Source of the DNA: Candidatus Dormiibacterota bacterium
GTDB taxonomy: Bacteria > Chloroflexota > Dormibacteria > Aeolococcales > Aeolococcaceae
DNA: 64,000 nt
NCBI GenBank assembly: GCA_963709585.1
Contig: CAVPXI010000021.1
Coordinates: forward strand, 77,735 to 141,734
Reading direction: 5' to 3'
In this document: positions 1 through 11,445 of the stretch, in pieces
Numbering within the stretch: position 1 is the stretch's first letter
How the letters are laid out: every line of letters begins with the position of its first letter
Notes under the pieces: model-generated
What the model saw: the letters and a program-made list of their open reading frames with translations, nothing else
Database searches by the model: none
Told to the model about the DNA's origin: nothing
Made by a program: the position numbers and the translations under genes

Positions 1-510
1 GTGTCGCTCGTGGTCTTCTCGGGCCGCGCCGCACGCGTGGTCCTCCAGCCCACAGCGTCGGTCGACCTCGCCGAGCAGCGGCTGCAGCGGCTCACGGTGG
101 GCGGGACGACGCCGTTGACCCACGGACTGGTCGCCGGGCTCCGGATCGTGCGCACCGAACGCCTGCGTGACCCGAGCGTGTATCCGTTGGTGGTGCTGAT
201 CAGCGACGGACGGGGGAACATCTCGCTCTTCGGCGAGGAGCCGCTCGTCGAGGCGCAGCGCATCGCGGAACAGCTCGGCGCCGACGGCGTGCACATGCTG
301 GTCATCGACTCAGCGCGCGATCACACGACGCGACCGATACCCCGGGTCCAAGGTCACAGCCGGCCACCGCTCTTCGGGGGCTATGGGTTCAACGCCTGCC
401 GTGATCTCGCCGACCGCGCCGGCGGCGAGTATCTCGGGCTCTTCGATCTCTCCCAGGGCGCCATTGTCGAGGGTGTCGAGAAGACGCTTCGAGGTCGCAT
501 GGCACAATGA
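1..510 (+). CDS. C-terminal vWA domain of Mg/Co-chelatase subunit D-like protein (5' end outside window)
   Basis: GGTTPL and LISDGRGN vWA motifs typical of ChlD/BchD C-termini; overlaps the next AAA gene (ATGA). Confidence 0.8.
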   Translation: MSLVVFSGRAARVVLQPTASVDLAEQRLQRLTVGGTTPLTHGLVAGLRIVRTERLRDPSVYPLVVLISDGRGNISLFGEEPLVEAQRIAEQLGADGVHMLVIDSARDHTTRPIPRVQGHSRPPLFGGYGFNACRDLADRAGGEYLGLFDLSQGAIVEGVEKTLRGRMAQ

Positions 511-1571
511 ATGTGATGCAGACCGGCAGAAACGTGTTCCCGTTCACCGCGATCGTGGGACAGGATCGGATGAAACAGGCTCTCGTTCTCAACGCGATCA
601 ACCCCGCGATCGGCGGTGTGCTGATCCGCGGAGAGAAGGGGACTGCGAAATCGACCGCTGTCCGCTCGCTGACGAAACTCCTGCCGGGCCTTGACGTCGT
701 CGCCGATTGCCGCTACGGCTGCCCGCCCGATGACGCCGACTTGCAGTGCACCGAATGCACCGACCGTGTGGTGAGCGGGGAGACGCTGCCGCGCGGGCGC
801 CGGCGGATGCGCGTGGTGGAATTGCCCATCAACGCATCCGAGGATCGCGTCGTCGGGGCCATCGATATCGAGGCGGCGATCAAACGCGGTGAGAAGGAGT
901 TCGAGCCGGGCGTGCTCGCCGAAGCGAACCGCAACATCCTGTACGTCGACGAGGTGAACCTCCTCGACGATCACATCGTCGACGTGCTCCTCGACGCCGC
1001 CGCGATGGGTCAGAACACCGTCGAGCGTGAGGGTGTCTCGGTGTCGCATCCGTCGCGCTTCATCCTCGTCGGCACCATGAACCCGGAGGAAGGCGAGCTT
1101 CGCCCGCAGTTGCTCGACCGTTTCGGGTTGTGCGTCGATGTCGAGGGCATTCGCGATGTTCGTCAGCGCGTCGAGATCGTTGAACGGCGCGAGGCGTTTG
1201 AAGAGGATCCCAGCGCGTTCGCCGCGCGTTTCGAGCCCACCGAGCGGGCGGAGGCCGACCGTATCGCGCACGCGATGTCGATGCTCTCCGACGTGGTGGT
1301 GGATCGCAACATCCTCGTGGCCATCGCCGCGCTGAGCATCGAGCTCGAGGTGGACGGCCACCGCGCCGACATCGTCACGCGCAAGGCCGCGCAGGCGCTT
1401 GCGGCGCACGAGGATCGCGCCGCTGTGGGGATCGACGACGTCGAGCACGTCGCGCCCATGGTGCTGGCCCACCGTGTCAAGCCCGGGCTCTCGGGGAGCC
1501 GCCGCGGGCTCGCCGATCTTGCGGAGATTCTGCGCACCGCGCACGACGGCGACGGCGCGCATCCAGCGTAG
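507..1571 (+). CDS. Mg-chelatase subunit I-like AAA+ ATPase
   Basis: [18 protein letters not shown] Walker [29 protein letters not shown]. Confidence 0.9.
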   Translation: MNVMQTGRNVFPFTAIVGQDRMKQALVLNAINPAIGGVLIRGEKGTAKSTAVRSLTKLLPGLDVVADCRYGCPPDDADLQCTECTDRVVSGETLPRGRRRMRVVELPINASEDRVVGAIDIEAAIKRGEKEFEPGVLAEANRNILYVDEVNLLDDHIVDVLLDAAAMGQNTVEREGVSVSHPSRFILVGTMNPEEGELRPQLLDRFGLCVDVEGIRDVRQRVEIVERREAFEEDPSAFAARFEPTERAEADRIAHAMSMLSDVVVDRNILVAIAALSIELEVDGHRADIVTRKAAQALAAHEDRAAVGIDDVEHVAPMVLAHRVKPGLSGSRRGLADLAEILRTAHDGDGAHPA

Positions 1572-1588
1572 TCATCCCTCCGGCACGC

Positions 1589-3391
1589 ATGCGTCTTGAC
1601 CGAATCCGCAACTTCAGCATCATCGCGCACATCGATCATGGCAAGTCCACCCTTGCCGACCGGCTGCTCGAGGCGACTGGGACGGTGGCGTTGCGCGACA
1701 TGCAGGACCAGGTGCTCGACCAGCTCGACCTCGAACGCGAGCGCGGCATCACCATCAAGGCGCAGGCGGTTCGACTGGCGTACACCGCCGCCGACGGCAT
1801 CGCCTACGAGTTGAATCTCATCGACACCCCTGGCCATGTCGACTTTGCGTATGAGGTGTCGCGATCGCTCGCCGCGTGCGAGGGCGCGTTGCTGGTCGTC
1901 GATGCCACCCAGGGCGTGGAGGCGCAGACCCTCGCCAACGTCTACCAGGCGCTCGACAATCACCTCGAGGTGATCCCGGTCATCAACAAGATCGACCTCG
2001 CCAACGCGGACGCCGAACTGGTCCGGCGTGAGATCGAAGAGGTCATCGGTATCCCCGCCGACGACGCCATCCTCACCAGTGCGCGCCAGGGCATCGGCAT
2101 CGACCTGGTGCTCGAGGCGATCGTCAAGCGTGTGCCGCCTCCCAAGGGCGACCGCGACGGGTCGTTGCGGGCGCTTATCTTCGACGCGAAGTACGACGCG
2201 TACCGCGGAGTGGTCGTCTACGTCCGCATCGTGGATGGCCGCATCGCCGCCGGGATGCGCATCCGGATGATGAACAACCAGAGTGAGTTCGTCGTCGACG
2301 AGGTGGGAGTCTTCGCCCCGGCGATGACGCCCGTCGACGAGCTGCTCTGTGGTGAGGTCGGGTACTTCATCGCCTCGATCAAGAATGTCCGTGACAGCAA
2401 GGTCGGCGACACGGTGACCGATGCCGCGCATCCCACGACGCATCCGCTGCCCGGCTACCGTGCGGTCACGCCGATGGTCTACGCCGGCATCTTCCCGGTC
2501 AACTCCGACGATGTCACCGACCTCAAGGAGGCCCTGCAGCGGCTCAATCTCAACGACGCGTCGCTGGTCTTCGAACCCGAATCGTCGGCGGCGCTCGGGT
2601 TCGGTTTCCGCTGCGGTTTCCTCGGGCTGCTCCACATGGAGATCGTCCAGGAGCGCCTGGAACGCGAGTTCAACCTCTCGTTGATCACGACCGCGCCGAC
2701 CGTCGAATACCGGGTGCGACTCCGCTCGGGCGAGGTGATCGCCATCGACAACCCCGAGATGCTGCCCGACGCCTCGAACATCGACGCCATCGAGGAACCG
2801 CGAACCAAGGCGACGATCATCGTGCCGAGCACATATGTCGGTGCGATCATGGAACTGTGCCAGGAGCGCCGGGGTGAGTTCCAGCACATGGACTACCAGC
2901 CCGGGGACCGTGTCGCGCTCACCTATGACCTCCCGCTGGGCGAGATCATCCACGACTTCTACGACCAGTTGAAGTCGCGCAGCCGTGGCTATGCATCACT
3001 CGATTACGAGATCACCGGCTTCCGCGCCGAGTCGCTGGTCAAGCTCGACATCCTCGTCGGCGGGCAGCGTGTCGACGCGCTGAGCATGATCGTGCACCGC
3101 GACCGGGCGAACGCGAACGGCCGGAAGCTGGCCGAACGCCTGCGCAAGCTGATCCCGCGTCAGCTCTTCGAAGTGCCCATACAGGCAGCCATCGGTGGCA
3201 AGATCGTCGCCCGTGAAACCGTGTCTGCCATGCGCAAGGACGTGCTTGCCAAGTGCTACGGCGGAGACATCACGCGGAAGCGCAAGCTGCTCGAGAAGCA
3301 GCGCGAAGGCAAGCGCCGCATGAAAAGGGTGGGCAACGTGGAGATTCCCCAGGAGGCATTCATGGCAGTCCTCAAGATGGACGAGCAGTAG
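1589..3391 (+). CDS. lepA: Elongation factor 4 (LepA)
   Basis: [45 protein letters not shown]. Confidence 0.98.
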   Translation: MRLDRIRNFSIIAHIDHGKSTLADRLLEATGTVALRDMQDQVLDQLDLERERGITIKAQAVRLAYTAADGIAYELNLIDTPGHVDFAYEVSRSLAACEGALLVVDATQGVEAQTLANVYQALDNHLEVIPVINKIDLANADAELVRREIEEVIGIPADDAILTSARQGIGIDLVLEAIVKRVPPPKGDRDGSLRALIFDAKYDAYRGVVVYVRIVDGRIAAGMRIRMMNNQSEFVVDEVGVFAPAMTPVDELLCGEVGYFIASIKNVRDSKVGDTVTDAAHPTTHPLPGYRAVTPMVYAGIFPVNSDDVTDLKEALQRLNLNDASLVFEPESSAALGFGFRCGFLGLLHMEIVQERLEREFNLSLITTAPTVEYRVRLRSGEVIAIDNPEMLPDASNIDAIEEPRTKATIIVPSTYVGAIMELCQERRGEFQHMDYQPGDRVALTYDLPLGEIIHDFYDQLKSRSRGYASLDYEITGFRAESLVKLDILVGGQRVDALSMIVHRDRANANGRKLAERLRKLIPRQLFEVPIQAAIGGKIVARETVSAMRKDVLAKCYGGDITRKRKLLEKQREGKRRMKRVGNVEIPQEAFMAVLKMDEQ

Positions 3392-3402
3392 GTGGACGCC
3401 TG

Positions 3403-4189
3403 ATGCCACGGCCGAATCCACCTCGCAAACGTCCGCGCCGGCGTCCCGACACCCAGGAACGGTCGGCGCGCGCCGAGGTCTCGCTTGCCAAGCAGACCGC
3501 GCAGGTCAAGGAGAAGAACGGCTCCGCGGACGGCCGGAAACCGTCAAATGCAAAACAGCCGGCGGCAAAGGCCGGCGCCAAGAGGATTCTTCGGGTCGCG
3601 CGGCGGCATGGACGAACCATTCATCCCGTGGGCCAAGCGCTCCTACCTGGTCCTGATCGCCCTGCTCGCCGCCGCCGAGGTCGTGGTCGGGTCGCTGGCA
3701 TTCTTCACCCTCCCGAATCCGAAGCCCGCCTTCGGTCTATACGTCCTCGGGGTCAGCTACAACCCGCTGGTCCCGGTGGCGGCCGCGCTCGTCGCCGCGC
3801 CGCTCGCGAAGCTCATCACCAAGGAGATTCGCTCCCTGCGCTTCATGGAGTCGGCGATGGCGGGGATCATGCAGTACTTCGTCTGGCTGGCCCTCTTCGT
3901 CGCTCTCACGTACCTGATCGGCGGCTTCAACTCGTCGAAGACCGCCGCGACGACCGTCTCGACGCCGACCGCCATCGTCGGGCTCATCGTCATCGACATC
4001 CTCAGCTTCGTGGGAACCTTCTACCTGTATCCGGTGCTCTACAAGTTCATGCGCAGGCGCCCGCCGCCGCGAGCTGCCTCCACGAGGAAGCCGAAGCCGG
4101 CGGAGTCCCCGCAGCGTGCGAAATCGATCGTCGACAGGATGGACGATGCGTCGGCGCGGGACCCACAAGCGAAGGGCCCGACGCCATAA
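3403..4189 (+). CDS. Hypothetical multi-pass membrane protein with basic N-terminus (probable frameshift ~3580)
   Basis: ATG at 3403 reads MPRPNPPRK...; hydrophobic segments continue in the 3485..4189 frame. Confidence 0.6.
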
Positions 4190-4206
4190 CCGCCGGATTC
4201 GACGAC

Positions 4207-5361
4207 GTGCGCTCGCTCTACCTGCACATTCCGTTCTGCGAGCGGAAATGCGAGTACTGCGATTTCACGAGCATCGCCGGAGTCACGGGGTCGGGCGAGT
4301 ACATGGATGCACTCTGCGCTGAGGTCCGCCAGCTGGGCGGACGCCTCGGCAGGCTGTCCCTCGACACCGTCTTCATCGGTGGGGGCACGCCGTCCCTGGT
4401 CGAGCCCGAGCTGCTCGCGGGCCTGGTTGCAACGGTTCGGAGCACGTTCTCGATCGCGGCCGGCGCCGAGGTGACCATGGAGGCGAACCCGTCGAGCATC
4501 AACACCGACCGTGCGCGGGTGTGGAAGGCGGCGGGGGTCAATCGGATCAGCATCGGCGTGCAGAGCCTCGAAGCCGACGCGTTGAGCTTTCTCGGCCGGG
4601 TGCACGACGCGGAGCGCGCCCTGACCGCCGTCGCCGAGGTGCGTGAGGCGGGCTTCACCGCCATCAACTGCGACCTCATCTATGCCGTTCCGGGTCTCGG
4701 CGACACCCGCTGGCGGCGCACCCTCGAGCGCGTGGTTGCTGCCGGCCCCACGCACATCTCCTGCTACGAGCTGACCGTCGAGCCCGGGACCCCGTTGCAT
4801 ACGCGGGTCCGCCGCGGACTGGTGAGGCCGGTCGAGGGCGTTCGCTCGATGCGCCAGCATCGCATCGCCGTCGAGGTGTTGGAGCGCGCGGGCTACGCGC
4901 AGTACGAGGTGAGCAACTTCGCGCTTCCCGGTGCCGAGTGCCGCCACAACCTCGTCTACTGGCACAACGGGTACTACGCCGCTGCGGGCGTCGGCGCCCA
5001 CGGGCATCTCCCGGCGGCGGCGGCCGCGGCGATCGGGCTGGAGGTCGAGGCCGGGGCGGTCTCGATGCGCCACTGGCACGGGCGCGGCATCGCCGCCTAC
5101 GGGCGCGCGGTCAGGGCGGGACAACTCCCCGTGGCCGGCTCGGAGCCGGTCGATCCGGGGATGCGCGAGCAGGAGCGGGTGATGCTCGGGTTGCGCCTCC
5201 GCGAGGGGGTGCGCGTCGGCGCATCGAGCCTCGACGAGGCCCGTTCGCTCGAGGGCCAGGGGCTTGTCGTCATCGACGGCGACCGGGTCCGCGCGACCGC
5301 TCGGGGCGAGGCCGTGCTCAACCAGGTCACGCTCCGATTGGTGGGCGACCAGGCTGCTTAG
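4207..5361 (+). CDS. hemW: Radical SAM heme chaperone HemW (HemN-like); start approximate
   Basis: SLYLHIPFCERKCEYCDF, GGGTPS, YEVSNF, HNLVYW; classic lepA-hemW-hrcA synteny. Confidence 0.9.
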   Translation: MRSLYLHIPFCERKCEYCDFTSIAGVTGSGEYMDALCAEVRQLGGRLGRLSLDTVFIGGGTPSLVEPELLAGLVATVRSTFSIAAGAEVTMEANPSSINTDRARVWKAAGVNRISIGVQSLEADALSFLGRVHDAERALTAVAEVREAGFTAINCDLIYAVPGLGDTRWRRTLERVVAAGPTHISCYELTVEPGTPLHTRVRRGLVRPVEGVRSMRQHRIAVEVLERAGYAQYEVSNFALPGAECRHNLVYWHNGYYAAAGVGAHGHLPAAAAAAIGLEVEAGAVSMRHWHGRGIAAYGRAVRAGQLPVAGSEPVDPGMREQERVMLGLRLREGVRVGASSLDEARSLEGQGLVVIDGDRVRATARGEAVLNQVTLRLVGDQAA

Positions 5362-5370
5362 CTGGTACGC

Positions 5371-5397
5371 TTAGCACTCAACCCTGACGAGTGCTAA
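5371..5397 (+). promoter_or_regulatory. CIRCE element (HrcA operator)
   Basis: Perfect TTAGCACTC-N9-GAGTGCTAA directly upstream of hrcA. Confidence 0.97.
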
Positions 5398-5437
5398 CAA
5401 CGCCGGCGACCGGCCGCACCGTCGCCTCGGGCCACAC

Positions 5438-6475
5438 GTGCAACATCCAGTCCCTCTCGATCAGCGCAAGCAGCAGATCCTCAAGGCCGTCGTCGCGGAC
5501 TACACCCGCACGGGCGTCCCGGTGGGGTCGGCGTCGCTCGCCGTCCATCTCGCCACCTGGTCGTCGGCGACCATCCGCAACGAGCTGGCCACGCTGAGCG
5601 AGGTCGGGTACCTGATCCAGCCGCACACCTCGGCCGGGCGCGTCCCCTCCGACCTTGGCTACCGCTACTACGTCGACTTCCTCATGGACGAGGAGGACGT
5701 CCCGCAGGCGGTGCGGCGGCAGGTCGACCCCTTCTTCGTGGTGATGCCGACCAGCGTCGAGGACATCCTCGAGATCGCCGCGACGGCGCTCGCGCAGGCC
5801 GCTGATGCGGTCAGCCTGGTCACCGCGCCACGCGCGCTCGGCGTCCGCGTCAAGCACCTCGACCTCGTCAAGCTCAACGACGGCCAGGCGCTGCTCGTGC
5901 TCGTTCTCGAAGGCAACCTCGTCCGCCAGCAGGCGCTGAATCTGACCTCGCCGACCGACCAATCGGTGCTCAGTGCCATCGCCGCCGGGCTCAACGCGGT
6001 CGTCGTCGGCCTCAACGCCGCCGGGATGTTGCGGCTTCCCGCGTCGGTCGGCACCCACGCCGCGCTCGAGCGCGACCTGCTCACTCAGATCATCGCCTTC
6101 ATGACCGTGTGCGACGCCCAGCAGGACACGCTCATCCTTCACGACGGGGTGCGCAACCTGCTCCATCAACCCGAGTTCGGCGACGTCGAACTCCTCCAGC
6201 AGGTCATCGAGGTGGTCGAGGAGGAGCGCATGCTCGCCGCCCTGATCAGCGCCGCCGACCTCGATCACGGCATCCAGATCATGATCGGCCGCGAGAGCGG
6301 GATGGCCGAGCTGTCGCGCTGCAGCCTGGTGTTGACCACGTACCGCGCCGGCCCCGAACGCCGCGGCACCATCGGGGTGCTCGGATCCACGCGCATGGCG
6401 TATGCGCAGGTCGGGCCGCGGGTCCGCTACGTGGCCCAGCGGGTGGGGCGAGCCGTCGGGCGTGCTTTGAGCTGA
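5438..6475 (+). CDS. hrcA: Heat-inducible transcription repressor HrcA
   Basis: SSATIRNEL, QPHTSAGRVPSDLGYRYYVD; CIRCE upstream. Confidence 0.96.
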   Translation: MQHPVPLDQRKQQILKAVVADYTRTGVPVGSASLAVHLATWSSATIRNELATLSEVGYLIQPHTSAGRVPSDLGYRYYVDFLMDEEDVPQAVRRQVDPFFVVMPTSVEDILEIAATALAQAADAVSLVTAPRALGVRVKHLDLVKLNDGQALLVLVLEGNLVRQQALNLTSPTDQSVLSAIAAGLNAVVVGLNAAGMLRLPASVGTHAALERDLLTQIIAFMTVCDAQQDTLILHDGVRNLLHQPEFGDVELLQQVIEVVEEERMLAALISAADLDHGIQIMIGRESGMAELSRCSLVLTTYRAGPERRGTIGVLGSTRMAYAQVGPRVRYVAQRVGRAVGRALS

Positions 6476-6494
6476 CCGTGGGCATAGTGAGCGC

Positions 6495-7016
6495 ATGACG
6501 ACGGACGAGCACGACATCGCGGCCACGCGTCCGGAGGTGGAGGCCGCCGACGACGAGGTCATCGCCGAGCAGCCGGATGAGCGTGACGCCCGCTATCTTC
6601 GCCTTGCCGCGGACTTCGAGAACTTCAAGCGGCGCAAGGCCCAGGAGATCGCCGACCTGCGCCGATACGAGAGCGAGGACGCGGCGCTCGCGCTGCTGCC
6701 CGTGCTCGACAACCTGCGCAGGGCTGTCGAGCACGCCGGCGAGGCGGGCGCCGAGGACTTCTTCGTGAGCGGCCTGCAGCTGGTGGTCCGCGAGTTCGAA
6801 ACCGCCCTCGAGCGCATCGGTATCACTCCGGTGCCGGCCGTCGGCGAGCGCTTCGACCCGGCGATCCACAATGCGATTGCCGCAGAGGAATCCGACGACG
6901 TCGAGCACGACACCGTGGTCGCCGAGCTCGTCCCCGGCTACCGCCTCCATGACCGCCTGCTCCGGCCTGCGATCGTCCGCGTGGTGCGGCCCGGCAGCGC
7001 CGCCTCCGGGAGCTGA
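6495..7016 (+). CDS. grpE: Nucleotide exchange factor GrpE
   Basis: RLAADFENFKRR, LLPVLDNL, FDPAIH, GYRLHDRLLRPA. Confidence 0.95.
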   Translation: MTTDEHDIAATRPEVEAADDEVIAEQPDERDARYLRLAADFENFKRRKAQEIADLRRYESEDAALALLPVLDNLRRAVEHAGEAGAEDFFVSGLQLVVREFETALERIGITPVPAVGERFDPAIHNAIAAEESDDVEHDTVVAELVPGYRLHDRLLRPAIVRVVRPGSAASGS

Positions 7017-8135
7017 GTGGTGGCGACCGTCAAGCGCGACTACTACGAGGTGCTCGGGGTCACCCGGGACTGCACCCCGGAGCAGTTGAAGACCGCATAT
7101 CGCAAGCTCGCCATGCAGTACCACCCGGATCGCAACAACGGCGACAAGGGCGCCGAAGACCGGTTCAAGGAGGTCGGCGAGGCGTACTCGGTCCTCAGCG
7201 ACCCCCAGAAGCGGCAGCGCTACGACGCTTTCGGCCACGTCGCCGACGGCCCGCAGCCCGACTTCGGCAACTTCTCATTCAACTCGGCGTTCGACCTCTT
7301 CGACATGTTCTTCGGTGGCGGCGGACGTCGCCGTGCGCACACCGGTCCGCAGCGTGGCGACGACCTTCGCATGAACGTCGAGATCACCTTCGAGGAGGCT
7401 GTGTTCGGCGCCAAGCGCACTGTCGAAGTTCCGCGGGCGACGCAGTGCGCGGAGTGCAACGGCTCGGGAGCCAGGCCGGGCACCACTGCCACGCAGTGCG
7501 CGACCTGCTCGGGGAGCGGACAGGTGCGCAGGACGATGCAGTCCATCTTCGGCCAGGTCGCGAGCGTCACCCCATGCCCGACCTGCCACGGCGAGGGGCA
7601 GGTGATCGCCGAGCCATGTTCGGTGTGTCGCGGGCAGGGCCGCATCCAGGGGCGGCACAACGTCGAGGTCACCATTCCCGCCGGCGTCGACGACGACGTG
7701 ACCCTGCGCCTGACCGGCGAAGGGGAGCCGGGGCCGCGCGGTGGCCCCTCCGGAGACCTCTACCTCGGCTTCCGCGTGAAGCCGCATCCGAACCTCGTGC
7801 GCCGCGGTCAGGACCTGCTCTACGAGCTCCCCGTGTCCGTGCCTCAGGCCGTTCTCGGTGACACCATCACGATCACGACCGTCGACGGTGAGCATCCCGT
7901 CGAGGTCCCGCCCGGTACGCAGCCGGGGCGTCAGATCAAGATGCACGGGTTGGGCGTGCCGCACGTGCGGACCGGGCGTCGCGGTGACCTCATCTGCATC
8001 GTGCGCGTTGTCGTGCCGAGCCATCTGGCCCACCAGGACCGTGCGCTGTACGAGCAGCTCGGGGGCCGCGAAGGCAAGCCGGCTGAAGTGAAGAAGGGGT
8101 TCTTCGACTCGATGCGCGAGGCGTTCCGAGGCTGA
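7017..8135 (+). CDS. dnaJ: Chaperone DnaJ
   Basis: J domain with HPD and four CxxCxGxG repeats. Confidence 0.97.
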   Translation: MVATVKRDYYEVLGVTRDCTPEQLKTAYRKLAMQYHPDRNNGDKGAEDRFKEVGEAYSVLSDPQKRQRYDAFGHVADGPQPDFGNFSFNSAFDLFDMFFGGGGRRRAHTGPQRGDDLRMNVEITFEEAVFGAKRTVEVPRATQCAECNGSGARPGTTATQCATCSGSGQVRRTMQSIFGQVASVTPCPTCHGEGQVIAEPCSVCRGQGRIQGRHNVEVTIPAGVDDDVTLRLTGEGEPGPRGGPSGDLYLGFRVKPHPNLVRRGQDLLYELPVSVPQAVLGDTITITTVDGEHPVEVPPGTQPGRQIKMHGLGVPHVRTGRRGDLICIVRVVVPSHLAHQDRALYEQLGGREGKPAEVKKGFFDSMREAFRG

Positions 8136-8150
8136 GGCCGCCTCGCCGCC

Positions 8151-8495
8151 CTACCCGGGCGGCCAGGTCATCTGGCGTCCACCGAGCAGATGGATGTGCA
8201 GATGATCGACGGTCTGGCCGCCGCTCTTCCCTGTGTTGACGACGAGGCGGAAGCCGCTTTCGTCGATGCCCTCGTCCTGCGCTATGGACTGCGCCACGTG
8301 GAGCATCCGTCCCCACAGTCCGTCCTGGGCGGGTGTCAGCTCCGCCACCGACTCGATGTGCTCGCGAGGGAACACGAGGACGTGGACCGGCGCCTGCGGG
8401 TTCACATCGCGGATGGCCAGCACCTGGTCGTCCTCGCGAACGAAGGTCGCCGGGAGCTCGTGTGCCGCAATGGAGCAGAAGATGCAATCGTTCAT
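8151..8495 (-). CDS. Histidine triad (HIT) nucleotide-binding protein
   Basis: MNDCIFC...HLHIHLLGGR; ATG at 8495. Confidence 0.93.
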   Translation of the reverse strand: MNDCIFCSIAAHELPATFVREDDQVLAIRDVNPQAPVHVLVFPREHIESVAELTPAQDGLWGRMLHVAQSIAQDEGIDESGFRLVVNTGKSGGQTVDHLHIHLLGGRQMTWPPG

Positions 8496-9754
8496 GAGCG
8501 CAGCAGGGTAGCGCGCAGGCGGTCGCCCTCGACGCCATCGGCGCGAACCAGGTCGAGACCTCCCGGGCGAACACCGGAAACGCCTTCCACGACGACCTCG
8601 TGATACCCGGCGGTGAGACCGTGGGCGGTGCGTCCCTCCACCGCGTCCCACGCGACCTCGTGCACACGCCCGCACGCGCGGGCGAGCGACCTCGCGCCGG
8701 AGCGTTTGGTGGCGCGGCGCACCTCGGCGCTGCGACGCCGGGCGGCCGCATCATCCACCCGTCCGGCGATCGCCGCCGCCGGGGTTCCTGGGCGCGAGGA
8801 CCAGCGGAAGACGTGACCCTGGAGAAACCCAACCTCGTCGACGAGTGACAGGGTCTCGGCGTGGTCATCCTCGGTCTCGCCGGGAAACCCCACCATGATG
8901 TCGGTGGTGAATTCGGTCGATGGGTTCACCTCGCGGAGCGCGTGCACCACCCGCAGGTACTGAGCGCGCCGATAACCTCGGTGCATCGCGCGCAGCACTC
9001 GATCGCTCCCGCTCTGAAGTGGCATATGCCAGTGAGAGCAGATCCGCGGGTGCGCGTTGAGCGCCGTCAACGCGCTGGAGACGTCGTTCGCGTTGACGCT
9101 GCTGAGCCGGATGCGCGCGCTCTCCCCGCACAGGTCGAGGAGCGATGCAAGCAGGGTCGCCAGGTCGGTACCGATGTCGCGGCCGTAGGATCCGAGGTCG
9201 ACGCCGCAGAGCACGATCTCTCCATGGCCGGCGTCGATTGCGGCGCGGACGCGATCATGCACGGTGCGCGCGGGGACGCTCGACGACACGCCGCGCGCCT
9301 GCCACACGATGCAGTACGTACAGCGATGGTCGCATCCGTCCTGCACCTTGATGAAGGCACGCGAGCGCATGAGCGGGGCATGGTGCGCCGGGTCGCTCCG
9401 TCGCGACATCGCGAGAACGTGGTCCGCGATCTCGTCCTTGTCACGATTGGCAAAGATCGAGTCGACGGTGGTGTACGCGCCGGGGTTTGCGTCGACGCTG
9501 CAGCCGGTGAGGACCAGGTGCGCCTCGGGGTCCAGACGGCGGAGCCGGCGAAGACGCTGGCGGGTCGTGGCGTCCGCCTGCGCGGTGACCGTGCATGAGT
9601 TGAGCACGCGGACATCGGCGGTCTCGTGCTCCGGGACGACATCGCACCCGCCTGCAGCCAGCTTGCCCGCAAGCTCGGCCATCTCCGCGAAGTTCACCTT
9701 GCAGCCGAGCGCGGTGATCGCGACCCGCAGCGGGCGATCAGCAGGCGAGCTCAT
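8492..9754 (-). CDS. mtaB: MtaB/MiaB-family tRNA methylthiotransferase
   Basis: LGCKVN, NSCTVT, QDGCDHRCTYC; rsmE-mtaB-HIT synteny. Confidence 0.85.
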   Translation of the reverse strand: MSSPADRPLRVAITALGCKVNFAEMAELAGKLAAGGCDVVPEHETADVRVLNSCTVTAQADATTRQRLRRLRRLDPEAHLVLTGCSVDANPGAYTTVDSIFANRDKDEIADHVLAMSRRSDPAHHAPLMRSRAFIKVQDGCDHRCTYCIVWQARGVSSSVPARTVHDRVRAAIDAGHGEIVLCGVDLGSYGRDIGTDLATLLASLLDLCGESARIRLSSVNANDVSSALTALNAHPRICSHWHMPLQSGSDRVLRAMHRGYRRAQYLRVVHALREVNPSTEFTTDIMVGFPGETEDDHAETLSLVDEVGFLQGHVFRWSSRPGTPAAAIAGRVDDAAARRRSAEVRRATKRSGARSLARACGRVHEVAWDAVEGRTAHGLTAGYHEVVVEGVSGVRPGGLDLVRADGVEGDRLRATLLRS

Positions 9755-10521
9755 GCTGGCGGTGATGCTGCCGCCGCTGCATCGAGGTCACCGGCCCGGG
9801 CGAGGAGCAGCGAGGTGGCCACCGCCCCGGCAAGCCGGCTCGGCAGGGTGCGCGGGCCGAGATGAACGGTGATGGCTCCGGCGTCGTCGAGAACGCTGAG
9901 GTCGGTGACGTCGAGGCCGCCCTCGGGGCCGATCACCAATCCGACGTCCGCGGGCGCCGCCGGGACGGCGCGCAGGATCGGCGCCGCGTCCTGACGGATC
10001 ACGCACGCGAGGATCCGGGTGCCGGCGGGCAGCGCGACCAGGGCTTCTCGCAGCGGGAGGATCGAGTGCACGTCAGGGGGGGCGGCGCGCCCGGCGAGTT
10101 GCGCGGCCTCCCGGGCGATCAGCCGCCAGCGCTCAAGCCGGTGGACGACCCGGGAAGGGTCGGGACGGGAGACCGTCCGGTGGGTGAGGACGGGTCGAAT
10201 CGTCGCCGCACCCGCCTCGGTGAGCGCCTCGACGGTCGCGTCCATCGCCTGCGCGGGAACCGCCTGGAGGACGTGCACGGCGAGCCGCGGTTCCCCGTCA
10301 ACCGCCCTGCTCCAGGCGATCGTTCCGCTGACGCGCGTCGGCGTCACCTCGTCCAGCTTCAGCCCGTGCTCGACCCGGCCGGCCTCGACGATCACGATCG
10401 TCTCGCCGACCTGCGCGCGAAGCGCGCGCGAGAGATGGTTGGCATCATTCCCCGTCAAGGTGGCACGGCCGCCCGCGACTTGGTCGGGTTCGACGAAGAA
10501 TCGAGGCACGGCAGCGTGCAT
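9751..10521 (-). CDS. rsmE: 16S rRNA m3U1498 methyltransferase RsmE
   Basis: PRFFV, HLSRALR, IGPEGG, LGPRTL. Confidence 0.9.
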   Translation of the reverse strand: MHAAVPRFFVEPDQVAGGRATLTGNDANHLSRALRAQVGETIVIVEAGRVEHGLKLDEVTPTRVSGTIAWSRAVDGEPRLAVHVLQAVPAQAMDATVEALTEAGAATIRPVLTHRTVSRPDPSRVVHRLERWRLIAREAAQLAGRAAPPDVHSILPLREALVALPAGTRILACVIRQDAAPILRAVPAAPADVGLVIGPEGGLDVTDLSVLDDAGAITVHLGPRTLPSRLAGAVATSLLLARAGDLDAAAAASPPA

Positions 10522-10554
10522 GGTGCGGCACCCGCTGCCCGCTATGGTGGTCGC

Positions 10555-11445
10555 GTGGCCGAGGCGCATCTCACCGCGCGAACAGCCGACGGCGTCGGCC
10601 TGTCGGTCGTGGTCACCGGTGACGGCGACCCGCTGCTGCTCATCCCCGGCCTCGGCGCGGGCCGCTCGGCGTTCAATCCGATCGTCCCCGACCTCGCGAG
10701 GGCCCATCGGATCATCACCTTCGACCCCCGCGGGATCGGCGAGTCCGAGGGCGGCGCCAATGCGACGATGACCGCGATGGGCCTGGACGCGGTCGCGGTG
10801 CTCGACGCGGCGGGTGTCGCATCCGCCGCGGTGTTCGGCGCCTCGATGGGCGGCCTGGTCGCGCAACACATGGTGGTCGATCACCCCGATCGGATCGCCG
10901 ACCTCATCCTCGCCGCCACGTCCCCCGGGGGCGACCATGGCGTCGATCCCAGGCCCGAGGACCAGGCGGCGCTCCTCGGCAAGGGCGCGCGAACCCCGGA
11001 GGAGGCGTACAGGATGGCGTGCACGGTCCTGTACTCACCGCAGTTTCAGCGCACGCACGCGGACTTCATCGAGGCGCAGATCCGCGAGCGCGCGCTCCAC
11101 CCGGTGCGCCCGCGCGTGTTCTCGGCTCAGTTCAAGGCCATGTGGCAACCGGATGACTCATTCGAGCGTTTGGCATCCGTGGCGGTTCCCACGCTCGTCC
11201 TGCACGGCACCGAGGACGTGGTCACCCCGTTCGAGAACGCGCGCATCCTCGCGGGCCGGATCCCCGGCGCGACTCTGCGCCCGTTCGAGGGATGCGGCCA
11301 TCTGTTCTTTCACGAGCGCCCCACCGAGACCGCGCGCGTGGTGAGCGAGCACCTCCGGCGCGCCGGACCGCGTGCTGGTCAGCTTTCGTCGTCGGAGGCC
11401 GTGTCCTCCTCGCCGTCCGGCAAGTCGTCGGCCGACGCCTCCTGA
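10555..11445 (+). CDS. Alpha/beta hydrolase
   Basis: FDPRGIG, GASMGG nucleophile elbow, LHGTED, GCGH. Confidence 0.88.
   Translation: MAEAHLTARTADGVGLSVVVTGDGDPLLLIPGLGAGRSAFNPIVPDLARAHRIITFDPRGIGESEGGANATMTAMGLDAVAVLDAAGVASAAVFGASMGGLVAQHMVVDHPDRIADLILAATSPGGDHGVDPRPEDQAALLGKGARTPEEAYRMACTVLYSPQFQRTHADFIEAQIRERALHPVRPRVFSAQFKAMWQPDDSFERLASVAVPTLVLHGTEDVVTPFENARILAGRIPGATLRPFEGCGHLFFHERPTETARVVSEHLRRAGPRAGQLSSSEAVSSSPSGKSSADAS

Noticed and set aside
1-1571. Mg-chelatase genes as evidence of phototrophy
   Set aside because: ChlI/ChlD-like genes are common in non-phototrophs and no other bch/chl genes are in the window
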